Source: Thermoproteota archaeon
GTDB taxonomy: Archaea; Korarchaeota; Korarchaeia; Korarchaeales; Korarchaeaceae
DNA length: 63,966 bases
Reading direction: 5' to 3'
Assembly: GCA_027491435.1 (NCBI GenBank)
Contig: JAOZFG010000018.1
Location: 1 to 63,966, forward strand
Part shown: one piece after another, positions 29,313 to 38,487 of the stretch
How the letters are laid out: each line of letters starts with the position of its first letter
How positions within the stretch are numbered: the first letter of the stretch is position 1
Made by a program: the position numbers and the translations under genes
The notes under the pieces: generated by a model
The model's input: the letters and a program-made list of their open reading frames with translations, nothing else
The model's database searches: none
What the model was told of the DNA's origin: nothing

Positions 29313-29776
29313 TGAGGTTCATTCCCAGGAGAAGGAAGAAGAGTAGGAAGCTAAGGGGCTTCAGGCTTCACGGTTACGGTCAGCAGAGGCAGCATAGGAG
29401 GAGCGGAAGGGGAGGTGGCTTTGGGAAGGCGGGAGGTCATAAGCACTTCTGGACTTGGTACACAGCTCACTGGCCGGACTACTTCGGTCAGGGGAGGAGG
29501 GGGTTCAAGAGGCCTAGGGCGGTGGCCAGAGAAATTAAGGCGATCAACGTTGGAGAGCTGGAAAGGGAGCTCCCTAATTTAGAGTCAGCAGGAGCCGTCA
29601 AGAGGTCTGAAGATGGTACTATAGAGGTAGATCTGACAGCCGCAGGTTATGACAAGTTACTGGGCAGAGGTAACGTGGCCCAGCCTTTAGTAGTTAAGGT
29701 TGAGAGGGCCACTAAAATAGCTATCCAAAAGTTGGAGAGGATTGGAGGCAAGGTAATCCTCCCAGAGGTGGACTGA
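29309..29776 (+). CDS. rpl15: 50S ribosomal protein uL15
   Basis: RKLRG..HGYG, GRGG.G.AG.HKH, KLLGRG. Confidence 0.96.
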   Translation: MMRFIPRRRKKSRKLRGFRLHGYGQQRQHRRSGRGGGFGKAGGHKHFWTWYTAHWPDYFGQGRRGFKRPRAVAREIKAINVGELERELPNLESAGAVKRSEDGTIEVDLTAAGYDKLLGRGNVAQPLVVKVERATKIAIQKLERIGGKVILPEVD

Positions 29777-31177
29777 ATGAGTGCTATCAGAAAAATAATG
29801 TCCACCCTGAATAAGGCTATACCCGAGGTGGAGAAGCCGGCCAGATCTCCGCCGCTCAAAGAGAAGCTCATCTGGACTGGGATAGTCCTCCTAATCTATT
29901 TCTTCTTGACCGAAGTTCCCATTTATGGGATACCCAAGGGAGGGCTGGACTTCCTTGCCGAATTGAGGGTCATATTTGCAGGGGCCAGAGGAAGCATAGT
30001 GGAGCTAGGAATAGGTCCTGTGGTCACAGCCGGTATAGTATTAGAGCTACTGGTTGGAAGTAAGATAATAGAGCTTGACTTCACAGATCCAGAGGACAGG
30101 AAGTTCTTTCAGGAGTCCCAGAGGGTTGCGGCCATCTTCTTCATAATATTCGAGAACGCGGCCTACGTTTTAGGTGGAGCTTACGGTACCCTTACCCCAT
30201 CTCAGCAGGCCCTGGCTATATCGCAGCTAGCAATAGGTAGCTTCCTCCTGATGATGCTAGATGACCTGGTGAGCAAGTGGGGTATAGGGAGCGGTATAAG
30301 TCTGTTTATATTGGCTGGAGTTGCTCAGAGGGTCGTATGGGGAACTCTCTCTCCCGTCACTGAGAAGACCTCAGGAAGGTACGTCGGAGTAATCCCAGCT
30401 TTGATAGCCGAGGGGGCCAACGCCATCTACAGACCCAATCTACCGGACTTGTTGGGGTTGATAGCCACCATAGTGGTCTTCTTAGCTGTAGTCTGGGCTT
30501 ACGAGGTCAAGATAAACGTTCCTATAGTTCACTCAATGATGGGAGGACAGAGGACCAAATATCCGATAAGGCTCCTGTACGTGAGCAACGTCCCCATAAT
30601 ATTCACGGCAGCCCTCCTGGGGGATATAAATATAATATCCAAGGTGGTCTGGACGAGGCTCGGCTCCAACCCTGAGGGATGGACCAAGTACATAGTGGAG
30701 TTCTTTGGCAAATATGAGATGGGTCCCGCAGGTTACTTGAGGCCCGTCTCAGGGCTGGCTTACTACCTGCAGACACCCACAGGTCCTTCGGTCTTAGTAG
30801 CAGATCCTTTGAGGGCTCTAGTGTACACGATAATATTCGTGCTAGCGTCGGTGGCCTTCGCCAAGATATGGGTCATGACCGCCGGCATGGATCCGAAGAC
30901 TGTGGCGGAGCAGCTAGTTAAACAGGGAATAGTCGTGCCGGGCAGGAGGTCCATCCCTAAGGTCGTGGGCAAAACCATAGAGAGGTACATAGAGGCGGTC
31001 ACTTACTTAGGCGGGTTCGCTGTGGGAATACTGGCAGTCTTGGCAAACTTCACAGGTGCCCTGGGTACTGGGAGCGGTATACTGCTGGCCGTTACGATAG
31101 TGGCTTCCTTCTACGAGGCCATAGCCAGGGAGAGAGCTCTAGAGATGTACCCAAGGCTGAAAAAGTTCTTCGGGTAA
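29777..31177 (+). CDS. secY: Preprotein translocase subunit SecY
   Basis: ELGIGPVVTAG, KWGIGSGISLFI, YVSNVPIIF, GTGSGILL. Confidence 0.98.
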   Translation: MSAIRKIMSTLNKAIPEVEKPARSPPLKEKLIWTGIVLLIYFFLTEVPIYGIPKGGLDFLAELRVIFAGARGSIVELGIGPVVTAGIVLELLVGSKIIELDFTDPEDRKFFQESQRVAAIFFIIFENAAYVLGGAYGTLTPSQQALAISQLAIGSFLLMMLDDLVSKWGIGSGISLFILAGVAQRVVWGTLSPVTEKTSGRYVGVIPALIAEGANAIYRPNLPDLLGLIATIVVFLAVVWAYEVKINVPIVHSMMGGQRTKYPIRLLYVSNVPIIFTAALLGDINIISKVVWTRLGSNPEGWTKYIVEFFGKYEMGPAGYLRPVSGLAYYLQTPTGPSVLVADPLRALVYTIIFVLASVAFAKIWVMTAGMDPKTVAEQLVKQGIVVPGRRSIPKVVGKTIERYIEAVTYLGGFAVGILAVLANFTGALGTGSGILLAVTIVASFYEAIARERALEMYPRLKKFFG

Positions 31178-31182
31178 TCAAG

Positions 31183-31686
31183 ATGGATCTAGACTTTATA
31201 ATATATCCACCAGGTTCCATAATCTTTCTAACATTTTTGGCCCTATTCATAAATTTATTTGTAAATTTAATAAGCAAGAGGGAGATAGACTACCAGAGGA
31301 TGAGGGAGCTACAGAAGATAGTCAAGGAGTACAACGAGCTCCAGAAACAGCTCCTGAGAAATCCAGACGACAAAAAGCTGAAGAAGAAAATCGATAGAAT
31401 GAAGCCTAAGGCGAACGCCGCTCAAGCCGAGATAACTAAGATGAGCATGAGGCCTATGCTTTACACGACCATACCGATAATAGCCATCTTCTGGATACTG
31501 GGCGGAATGTATAGGGAGATACCCGTTGTCCAACTTCCTTTCCCTCTACCCTTCGTAGTAGATTATTTCCACGGCGACAGCGCTTTATCAAGCGTCACCT
31601 TGGGCTACCTAGGTTACTACATAATAGCCTCTTACTTCTTCTCGATGATCCTCCAGAGGATCTTGGGAACGTCCCTCAGCAGCTAA
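31183..31686 (+). CDS. DUF106 / EMC3-TMCO1 (Oxa1 superfamily) membrane protein
   Basis: TM, coiled coil, then MRPMLYT..P-TM; conserved position after secY. Confidence 0.85.
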   Translation: MDLDFIIYPPGSIIFLTFLALFINLFVNLISKREIDYQRMRELQKIVKEYNELQKQLLRNPDDKKLKKKIDRMKPKANAAQAEITKMSMRPMLYTTIPIIAIFWILGGMYREIPVVQLPFPLPFVVDYFHGDSALSSVTLGYLGYYIIASYFFSMILQRILGTSLSS

Positions 31687-31739
31687 CGTTAAAGTTATAA
31701 AACTAGGTGAGCCCATCCTACAGGCCAAGGGGGTAAGCC

Positions 31740-32045
31740 ATGGTGATCATCGAGGACATAAATAAGCGTGGTAAGAGGAGAAGGCTCAAGAAAGCTAGGG
31801 TGGCCGTGAGAACTCCTGGTGGAAGGACTGTGTATCACTACAGGCATAAGAAGCACTCCCCAGCCAAGTGCGCCAGGTGTGGAAGGCCTCTAAACGCCAC
31901 CCCAACCGCTCCCAGGTCCATCATGGCCAAGATCCCTAAGAGCCAGAGGAGGCCTAACAGGCCTTACGGCGGAAATCTGTGTCCCAGGTGTCTACGAGAG
32001 GTTTTAATCCTTCAATCAATCCAGGAGGGGCTAACCCTCCTGTGA
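31740..32045 (+). CDS. rpl34e: 50S ribosomal protein eL34
   Basis: RTPGG, CARCG, RPNRPYGGNLCPRC. Confidence 0.95.
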   Translation: MVIIEDINKRGKRRRLKKARVAVRTPGGRTVYHYRHKKHSPAKCARCGRPLNATPTAPRSIMAKIPKSQRRPNRPYGGNLCPRCLREVLILQSIQEGLTLL

Positions 32046-32086
32046 TCCTCCGTGAGGAGGATTTCTACCCGCTCGTAAGAGGGGTG
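32045..32086 (+). ncRNA. Tandem GNRA-tetraloop hairpins between rpl34e and rpl14e
   Basis: ATCCTCC-GTGA-GGAGGAT and ACCC(G)CTC-GTAA-GAGGGGT; the second pairs the rpl14e SD. Confidence 0.45.
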
Positions 32087-32091
32087 TTATC

Positions 32092-32397
32092 ATGCCCGTG
32101 ATCGAGGTAGGAAGGGTCTGTAGGAAGGTCGCCGGCAGAGAGGCCGGCAGGTATTGTGTCGTCGTCCGGATTATAGATGACAACTACGTGGAGATAACTG
32201 GACCTAAGGAGCTGACTGGAGTGAGGAGGAGAAGGGTAAATGTCAAGCACATTGTGCCGCTGCCGGAGAAGCTGGACATACCTGAGGGAGCCAGTGATGA
32301 GCAAGTGTTAGAGGCATTGAAGCAAACTGATTTATACCCAAAGCTCTTAGAGGAGAAAGAGAAGAGAGAGAAGAGGAAGGGGAAGCCTAAGAGTTGA
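32092..32397 (+). CDS. rpl14e: 50S ribosomal protein eL14
   Basis: IEVGRVC.KVAGREAG, GVRRRRVNVKH. Confidence 0.96.
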   Translation: MPVIEVGRVCRKVAGREAGRYCVVVRIIDDNYVEITGPKELTGVRRRRVNVKHIVPLPEKLDIPEGASDEQVLEALKQTDLYPKLLEEKEKREKRKGKPKS

Positions 32398-33374
32398 GCG
32401 ACGATTTTTATGAGTTGATTGTTAAATCCCCTTCTGAGCCGGGGGAGTATGGGTACAGGCCCAGTGAGAGGCCCATACTCCTCCACCTAGAAAATGGCAT
32501 AATAATTCTTGATAAGCCCAGGGGGCCCACCTCTCACGAGGTAACCAAGCTGATAAAGAGGATACTCAACTTCCCGGGTAAGGTGGGACATTGTGGAACG
32601 CTAGACCCTAAAGTCTCAGGGGTCCTACCTATAGTCTTGGGAAACGCAACTAAGCTCAGCAGGGTGATAGCTGGCACGGATAAGGAGTACGTTGGAGTTC
32701 TTTACCTGCACGGTGAAGTGAACGATGAGGAGCTTCTAGAGGCCCTGAAGAAGTTTGAAGGTCCCATCTTTCAGAGGCCTCCACTTAAGTCTGCGATAAA
32801 GAGGGCTTTGAGGGTCAGGAGAGTATTTAGCCTAGAGTTGATAGAGAGGGAGGGAAGGTTCGTCCTCCTCAGGACGGTCGTTGAGTCTGGCACCTACATA
32901 AGGAAACTTTTCTACGACATCGGCGAATACCTCGGAGTTGGAGCTAGCATGAGGGAGCTGAGGAGAACGAGATCGGGCATATTCAATGAGAGGGAGAGCC
33001 GTAGGGTTGAGGAGGTTCTAGAGGCCTACAGAACATGGAAGGAAGGTGGGGATGAGAGTAAGTTAAGGGAGGTGGTACTCCCCCTAGAGGTGGCGGTCAA
33101 GAGGCTTCCAAAGATAGTGGTAAAGGACAGCGCTGTAGCCTCAATAACCCATGGGGCGAGCCTTAAGGCCAAGGGCGTTAGCATGTTATCCCCTGACATA
33201 AAAAAGGGGTCTTTAGTCGCTCTGATGACACTCAAAGGGGAGTTAATCGCCCTAGGAAGGTCGTTAATGTCGTCAGAGGAGATAGAAAGGGCAGACTCAG
33301 GCGTGGTGGCTGAGATAGAGAGAGTGGTCATGCCTAGAGATTTATACCCTGCTATGTGGAAGCGAAAGGAATAA
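32394..33374 (+). CDS. cbf5: H/ACA RNA-guided pseudouridine synthase Cbf5 (TruB family)
   Basis: DKPRGPTSHEV, GTLDPKVSG, GTYIRKL, PUA domain, YP.MW. Confidence 0.96.
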   Translation: MSDDFYELIVKSPSEPGEYGYRPSERPILLHLENGIIILDKPRGPTSHEVTKLIKRILNFPGKVGHCGTLDPKVSGVLPIVLGNATKLSRVIAGTDKEYVGVLYLHGEVNDEELLEALKKFEGPIFQRPPLKSAIKRALRVRRVFSLELIEREGRFVLLRTVVESGTYIRKLFYDIGEYLGVGASMRELRRTRSGIFNERESRRVEEVLEAYRTWKEGGDESKLREVVLPLEVAVKRLPKIVVKDSAVASITHGASLKAKGVSMLSPDIKKGSLVALMTLKGELIALGRSLMSSEEIERADSGVVAEIERVVMPRDLYPAMWKRKE

Positions 33375-33400
33375 TAATCCCTAGGTCCCCTGATATATGG

Positions 33401-33489
33401 GCCGGGGTGCCCTAGCCAGGAAGGGGGCTGGCCTGGAGAGCCAGTGGCCCACACGGGCCGCGTGGGTTCAAATCCCACCCCCGGCGCCA
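33401..33489 (+). tRNA. tRNA-Ser(GGA), CCA encoded
   Basis: GCCGGGG acceptor; CTGGC-CT-GGA-GA-GCCAG anticodon arm; long variable arm; GGTTCAAATCC. Confidence 0.95.
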
Positions 33490-33588
33490 CCTGTTTGAGG
33501 AACCGCCTGGGAGGCTGACCTCTAGCTCGCGCTGTAAACGTTTAAAAATGTGGTTGTGTAGGGTAGCTAGTGAAAGAGGGGTGAGCGG

Positions 33589-34041
33589 TTGTCCGAGGCT
33601 AGGGAGATAAGGAAAATAGTGAGGCTCCTGAACACGACCTTAGATGGTACCAAGCCTGTATCAGCGGCCCTAACTTATGTTAAAGGCCTTAATCACACCC
33701 TGATTAGGGCAATACTGTTTAAGGCAGGAATAGACCCGTTCAGGAGGTTGGGAGAACTCACGGAAGAAGAGCTAGGGAGGATAGAGCACGTCGTAAACAA
33801 CCCTTCTGAATACGGCCTACCTTGGTGGATAATGAACCGACAGAAGGACCCCAGGACTAACAAATCCTGGATACTGACAGGAGACGACGTATCCTGGGTT
33901 ATGACTCAGGACATCAACGTGATGAAGAAAATAAGGAGCTGGAAGGGCATAAGGCACGAGCTGGGCTTGAAGGTTAGAGGCCAGAGGACTAAGACCACCG
34001 GAAGGAGGGGCAGAACTGTTGGCTATCAGAGGAAGAAGTAG
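33589..34041 (+). CDS. rps13: 30S ribosomal protein uS13
   Basis: NRQKD, GIRHELGLKVRGQRTKTTGR. Confidence 0.97.
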   Translation: MSEAREIRKIVRLLNTTLDGTKPVSAALTYVKGLNHTLIRAILFKAGIDPFRRLGELTEEELGRIEHVVNNPSEYGLPWWIMNRQKDPRTNKSWILTGDDVSWVMTQDINVMKKIRSWKGIRHELGLKVRGQRTKTTGRRGRTVGYQRKK

Positions 34042-34052
34042 GGGGGGCCTAG

Positions 34053-34550
34053 ATGGGAGATCCGAAGAAGCCCAGGAAGAAGTACGAGAGGCCTTATAAG
34101 CCCTGGAGCAGGCAGTTCCTGGAGGAGTCTAACAGGCTAGCTGGTGAGTACGGGTTGAGAAACAAAAGGGAACTGTTGAGAATGGCCTACTTGGCTAGGA
34201 AGTATAGGAGGATTGCTAGGCAACTGATTGCAAATCCCGAAGAGGCTGAAAAGGAGATAGAACCTATCCTGAGGAAGTTGAAGAGGTTGGGCGTGCTATC
34301 AGAGGACGCCACCCTAGATGACATGCTGGACCTCAGCGTAGAGCAGTTCTTGGAGAGAAGGCTCCAAACGATAGTCTGGAGGAAGGGCTTCGCTAAGACC
34401 CCCTATATGGCCAGGCAACTTATTACTCACGGTCACATAAGGATTAACGGAAGGAGGATAAGGCAACCAGGCTATTTAGTGACCTTAGACGAGGAGGACA
34501 AGATAGAGTGCACTCACCCCTCGTGTCTAGAGCAAGAGGTGAGTAGCTGA
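34053..34550 (+). CDS. rps4: 30S ribosomal protein uS4
   Basis: [36 protein letters not shown]. Confidence 0.97.
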   Translation: MGDPKKPRKKYERPYKPWSRQFLEESNRLAGEYGLRNKRELLRMAYLARKYRRIARQLIANPEEAEKEIEPILRKLKRLGVLSEDATLDDMLDLSVEQFLERRLQTIVWRKGFAKTPYMARQLITHGHIRINGRRIRQPGYLVTLDEEDKIECTHPSCLEQEVSS

Positions 34551-34951
34551 TGTCGGCCCAAGAGAAGAAGGGAAAGATTGGGGTGGCTCACATATACTCC
34601 TCTTTTAACGACACTATAGTCCACATCACCGACATAACTGGCGCGGAAACCCTGGCCAGGTTTTCCGGAGGGATGTTCGTCGACGCCGACAGGTTAGAGG
34701 GCTCTCCATACGCTGCCCTCAAGGCAGCGATGGCGGCTGCAAAGGAGGCTAAGAGGAAGGGAATAACGCACTTAATCGTTAAAGTCAGGGCGCCAGGTGG
34801 GATAAAAAGCAGGATACCCGGACCGGGAGCTACTGCAGCTATAAGAGGCCTATCTAGGTCAGGTCTAATCCTAATCAGGGTAGAAGACGTGACCCCGATA
34901 CCCCACGATGGTTGTAGGAGGCCTCACGGCAGAAGGGGAAGGCGTGTCTAA
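34550..34951 (+). CDS. rps11: 30S ribosomal protein uS11
   Basis: [29 protein letters not shown]. Confidence 0.97.
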   Translation: MSAQEKKGKIGVAHIYSSFNDTIVHITDITGAETLARFSGGMFVDADRLEGSPYAALKAAMAAAKEAKRKGITHLIVKVRAPGGIKSRIPGPGATAAIRGLSRSGLILIRVEDVTPIPHDGCRRPHGRRGRRV

Positions 34952-34991
34952 AATTTAATTTTTCATTCCTTCCCAATAACGGGGGATTAAC

Positions 34992-35849
34992 ATAATTCCG
35001 AAGGTAGACCTCCTGGAGGAGATATATCAGTGGTACAGGGAAAGGGGGCCCGTTGAGCTGGTCGATAAGCCTAGAGAGGACATGAACGTGTTAAGAATAC
35101 ACGCCAGGCACAAGGACATCTTCGTGTTAGTCACCTATACCACTTCCTCAGATCCTTCTGAGCTAGCCGAAGTTTTAGAGGATTGCCTCCAGGAGGTCGA
35201 GTCCTATGAGGGACGAATAGACAGGGTGGAAATCTGGCTGCCTGGCCCTCCTCCAGAAGTGGAGTTAGACCTGCCAGACAGGTTCAGCTACTTGGACGTC
35301 GTCTGGAGGGACATGAGCGAGCTCAGGTCTAAACCTGCAATCCAATTGACTACAAAAGCTAAGGCACAAGTTAAGATCTCCCACAGGAGTTCCAGCGAGG
35401 ATATCGTAGAGGCTGTAAGACAGGCTGTCATTCAAACAATAAAACCTTTGATTTCGCAACTGACGACTGCCAGCGAAGTGGAGGGCAGAGCTTCGAGGGA
35501 AGAGCTTGAGAGGAGGGTAAGGGAATTGGAGAAAAGGGTGGAGCTCTTAGAATCTATGATAAAGCTCCTCTCTAACATACAGTCCGGGGCTGCGATAGGT
35601 CCGCAACCCACGTTACAGCCCATCCAGTTAGATCTGAGGCCCTCCATAGAGAATCCAATGGAGGAGAGAGAGTATCTGGAGGAGCCCGTGGATGAGCGAG
35701 AAGTTGAAGAAGTCCCTTTCGATGAAGGAGGAGGGAGGGTTGAGGTAGAGCCCTCAGCGGATGTTAATCCCGACGAAATACTTAAAGAAATAATGGAAAA
35801 TCCCTGGGTTGATATATTAAAGAGGAAAGGTGAAGGCAATGAAGGCTAA
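34992..35849 (+). CDS. Hypothetical protein (globular N-domain, coiled coil, acidic linker, NPWVDILKR tail) inserted between rps11 and rpoD; start uncertain (ATA 34992 or ATG 35082)
   Basis: Frame stays open 30 codons upstream of the first ATG; SD-like GGGGGA 5 nt before the ATA. Confidence 0.6.
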   Translation: MIPKVDLLEEIYQWYRERGPVELVDKPREDMNVLRIHARHKDIFVLVTYTTSSDPSELAEVLEDCLQEVESYEGRIDRVEIWLPGPPPEVELDLPDRFSYLDVVWRDMSELRSKPAIQLTTKAKAQVKISHRSSSEDIVEAVRQAVIQTIKPLISQLTTASEVEGRASREELERRVRELEKRVELLESMIKLLSNIQSGAAIGPQPTLQPIQLDLRPSIENPMEEREYLEEPVDEREVEEVPFDEGGGRVEVEPSADVNPDEILKEIMENPWVDILKRKGEGNEG

Positions 35850-36594
35850 AATTTTAAATTTAGATTCCTCAAAAGCTAGGATCCTTTTAATAAATACTAC
35901 CCCCGGGCTGGCGAACTCCTTGAGGAGGGCTATAATCGCAGAAGTCCCGACCTTCGCGGTGGATGAGGTTGTATTCTACGTCAACGACACCCCGTTCTTT
36001 GATGAGTACATAGCTCACAGGTTGGCCATGGTCCCTTTGAAGACCGACTTGAACATAGTTAAGGCGAACCCAGATAGGGTTGTGGTGTTGAGCTTTGACA
36101 GGAGGGCCGAGGAGGACTTCGAAGTAGTCTACTCTGGAGATCTAACCTCCTCCGATCCCCTGATAGTTCCCGCTTACGACAGAATTCCGATAATAAAGAT
36201 GAGGAAGGGTCAGAGGCTCAGGTTCGAGGCTATAGCTAGGTTAGGCAGGGGCAAAGAACACGCTAAGTGGCAACCGGCAGCGGCAGTCGGCTACACGTAC
36301 TTCCCGGTATATAGGATAAGGAAGGAATCCGGGTGTGATCTCAGCCCCTGTGAAGGATGTATAAGCGAGGAGGACGAATACTTGATCGTAGAGGACTTCA
36401 CTAAATGTGAAGGTTGCGAGGATGCCATAGAAGGTTGTAAGAAGGAAAAGCCGAAGTCGGTGGAAATTGCCTGGAGAGAGGACTGGATAATACTAAGTTA
36501 CGAGAGTACGGGCTCCTTGACTCCAGAGGAGATATTCCTGGAGGCTATAGCCCAACTGAAGTCCAAGTTCTCCGAGTTCCTATCCAAGATATGA
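35839..36594 (+). CDS. rpoD: DNA-directed RNA polymerase subunit D (Rpo3) with Cys-rich Fe-S insert
   Basis: ANSLRRAIIAEVP, DEYIAHRLAMVP, GKEHAKWQP, ESTGSL. Confidence 0.96.
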   Translation: MKAKILNLDSSKARILLINTTPGLANSLRRAIIAEVPTFAVDEVVFYVNDTPFFDEYIAHRLAMVPLKTDLNIVKANPDRVVVLSFDRRAEEDFEVVYSGDLTSSDPLIVPAYDRIPIIKMRKGQRLRFEAIARLGRGKEHAKWQPAAAVGYTYFPVYRIRKESGCDLSPCEGCISEEDEYLIVEDFTKCEGCEDAIEGCKKEKPKSVEIAWREDWIILSYESTGSLTPEEIFLEAIAQLKSKFSEFLSKI

Positions 36595-36637
36595 CAATTA
36601 GCTTTAAATAGGGACTTGATGTAGAATTGAAGTGGAG

Positions 36638-36724
36638 GCGGGGGTAGCCAAGCCAGGCCCAAGGCGCCCGCTTGAGGGGCGGGTGGGCGTCAGGCCCGCG
36701 TGGGTTCAAATCCCACCCCCCGCA
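36638..36724 (+). tRNA. tRNA-Leu(GAG)
   Basis: GCGGGGG acceptor; CCCGC-TT-GAG-GG-GCGGG; variable arm; upstream TTTAAATA promoter. Confidence 0.95.
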
Positions 36725-36787
36725 CTAGACGATCAAGCCTTGTCAATCTTTATTAAAGGGAACTCCTGTCCATTATGGGATGCTGAA

Positions 36788-37153
36788 ATGAAGAGGACTG
36801 GGCCCACGAATCCCAGGCTCATAAAAATGATCAATGAGCTAGAGAAGATTTCCAGGCTGAACAGGGCTCCTATATGGAAGGCAGTAGCTGAGAAGCTTAG
36901 GAAGCCCACCCGGAGTAGGATAGAGGTTAACTTGTGGAAAGTTAACAAATTCTACAGGGAAGGGGTTTCTGCCTACATAATACCAGGTAAGCTCCTGGGA
37001 GAGGGGGATATAGATAAGCCAGTAACTGTAGCAGCGGCTTTCGTCTCAAAGTCAGCGGCTGAAAAAATTAAAAAGGCTGGAGGAAGGGTCCTCTTCCTCG
37101 ATGAATACGCTAAGGAAAACCCCAAAGGAAGCAACACCGTGATTCTAGGGTGA
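36788..37153 (+). CDS. rpl18e: 50S ribosomal protein eL18
   Basis: TGPTNP, APIWK, PGKLLG, NPKGS. Confidence 0.96.
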   Translation: MKRTGPTNPRLIKMINELEKISRLNRAPIWKAVAEKLRKPTRSRIEVNLWKVNKFYREGVSAYIIPGKLLGEGDIDKPVTVAAAFVSKSAAEKIKKAGGRVLFLDEYAKENPKGSNTVILG

Positions 37154-37157
37154 TGTT

Positions 37158-37646
37158 ATGCGCTTCGACGTGGTTATAGATGCTGAAGGTAAGATCCTAG
37201 GTAGGATCTCAAGTTATGCGGCCAAGAAGCTCTTAGAGGGAAAGAGGGTCGCCATAGTCAACGCTGAGAAGGCTATAATAACGGGAAACCCTCAGACAGT
37301 GCTTGAGAAGTACAAGAAAAGGAGGAGCATACAGAGCAGGATAAGGCCAGAGATGTCTCCAGTTCAGCCCAGAACTCCTGACAGGATAGTGTGGAAGACT
37401 GTCAGGGGGATGCTCCCCATGAAGAAGGCTAAGGGCAGAGAGGCCATTAGAAGGCTTAGAGTGTTCATTGGGGTTCCACCAGAACTTAGAGACGTAGAGA
37501 AGGACGTGGAGCTCAAAAAGGATCCGAACAAGTACGTCAAGTACACCGTAGAGAACCTGAAGCCCAAGCCCGGGAAGAAGTATATAACTGTTTTAGAGCT
37601 CTCAAAGTTGTTAGGTTGGAGGGGAGCGAAGTATGTCGAAGGGTGA
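37158..37646 (+). CDS. rpl13: 50S ribosomal protein uL13
   Basis: IDAEGKILGR, VNAEKAIITG, TVRGMLP. Confidence 0.96.
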   Translation: MRFDVVIDAEGKILGRISSYAAKKLLEGKRVAIVNAEKAIITGNPQTVLEKYKKRRSIQSRIRPEMSPVQPRTPDRIVWKTVRGMLPMKKAKGREAIRRLRVFIGVPPELRDVEKDVELKKDPNKYVKYTVENLKPKPGKKYITVLELSKLLGWRGAKYVEG

Positions 37647-38049
37647 TGGGGTTATAACTGCTGCCTCAGCCAGGAGGAAGACCGCTAGAGCTTATGCCGT
37701 TATTAAAGAGGGAAGCGGAAGGCTCTTCATAAACGGGGTTCCCGTAGAGGTCTACGCACCCAACGAGTTCGTTAGGATGAAGATACTGGAACCCCTGTGG
37801 TTGGCTCACGAGTACGCGGAGAAGTACGACTTCTACGTCAGGGTCAAGGGAGGAGGATTCATGGCCCAAGCTGACGCGATAAGGATGGCCGTGGGCAGGG
37901 CCTTAGTTGAGGCAACGGGCTCAGAACACTTAAAGGAACTCTACAAGGAGTACGACAGGACCATACTTAAGGGAGATCCCAGGCAGAAGGAGCCCAAGAA
38001 GTACGGCGGAAGGGGAGCTAGAGCTAGGTTCCAGAAATCTTATAGGTGA
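37633..38049 (+). CDS. rps9: 30S ribosomal protein uS9
   Basis: RKTARA, GGGFMAQA, KKYGGRGARARFQKSYR. Confidence 0.97.
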   Translation: MSKGDGVITAASARRKTARAYAVIKEGSGRLFINGVPVEVYAPNEFVRMKILEPLWLAHEYAEKYDFYVRVKGGGFMAQADAIRMAVGRALVEATGSEHLKELYKEYDRTILKGDPRQKEPKKYGGRGARARFQKSYR

Positions 38050-38078
38050 AATTTCACTCCCCTATTTTGGGTGATCCC

Positions 38079-38483
38079 ATGGGAATTACTCATGCTTCGG
38101 CAGGGGACCTTAAGAAGGGTAGCTATGTCGTAATTGATGGGGAGCCCTGTGTGGTCCTCAGCGTCTCTAAGTCCAAGCCCGGTAAGCACGGGGCGGCTAA
38201 GGTTAGAATAGAGGCCAGGGGGATCTTCGACAATGCCAGGAGGTCCAAGATATTCCCAGCAGACGCCACGGTAGAGGTGCCGATAGTGGACAAGAAGTCC
38301 GCTCAGGTCCTTAACGTTTACGGGGGAACCGTTCAACTAATGGACCTCAGCAGTTACGAGACCTTTGAGCTACCCTTACCAGATGATCAAGAGCTTGCTA
38401 GTAAGCTCCAACCTGGAGCCGAAGTGGAGTACTGGGAATCCCTGGGCAAGAGGAAGATAGTGAGAGTTAAAGGGGGAGCCTGA
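38079..38483 (+). CDS. eif5a: Translation factor aIF-5A
   Basis: SKPGKHGAAK hypusination motif. Confidence 0.97.
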   Translation: MGITHASAGDLKKGSYVVIDGEPCVVLSVSKSKPGKHGAAKVRIEARGIFDNARRSKIFPADATVEVPIVDKKSAQVLNVYGGTVQLMDLSSYETFELPLPDDQELASKLQPGAEVEYWESLGKRKIVRVKGGA

Positions 38484-38487
38484 TTAG

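Noticed and set aside
32394-33374. Protein-gene intron in cbf5, known from some Crenarchaeota
   Set aside because: The frame is continuous through GHCGTLDPKVSG with no insertion
33497-33523. Small hairpin after tRNA-Ser(GGA)
   Set aside because: Only 4-bp stems; not distinguishable from chance
36632-36787. N-terminal extension of eL18 in the ORF track
   Set aside because: It overlaps tRNA-Leu(GAG); the real start is ATG 36788
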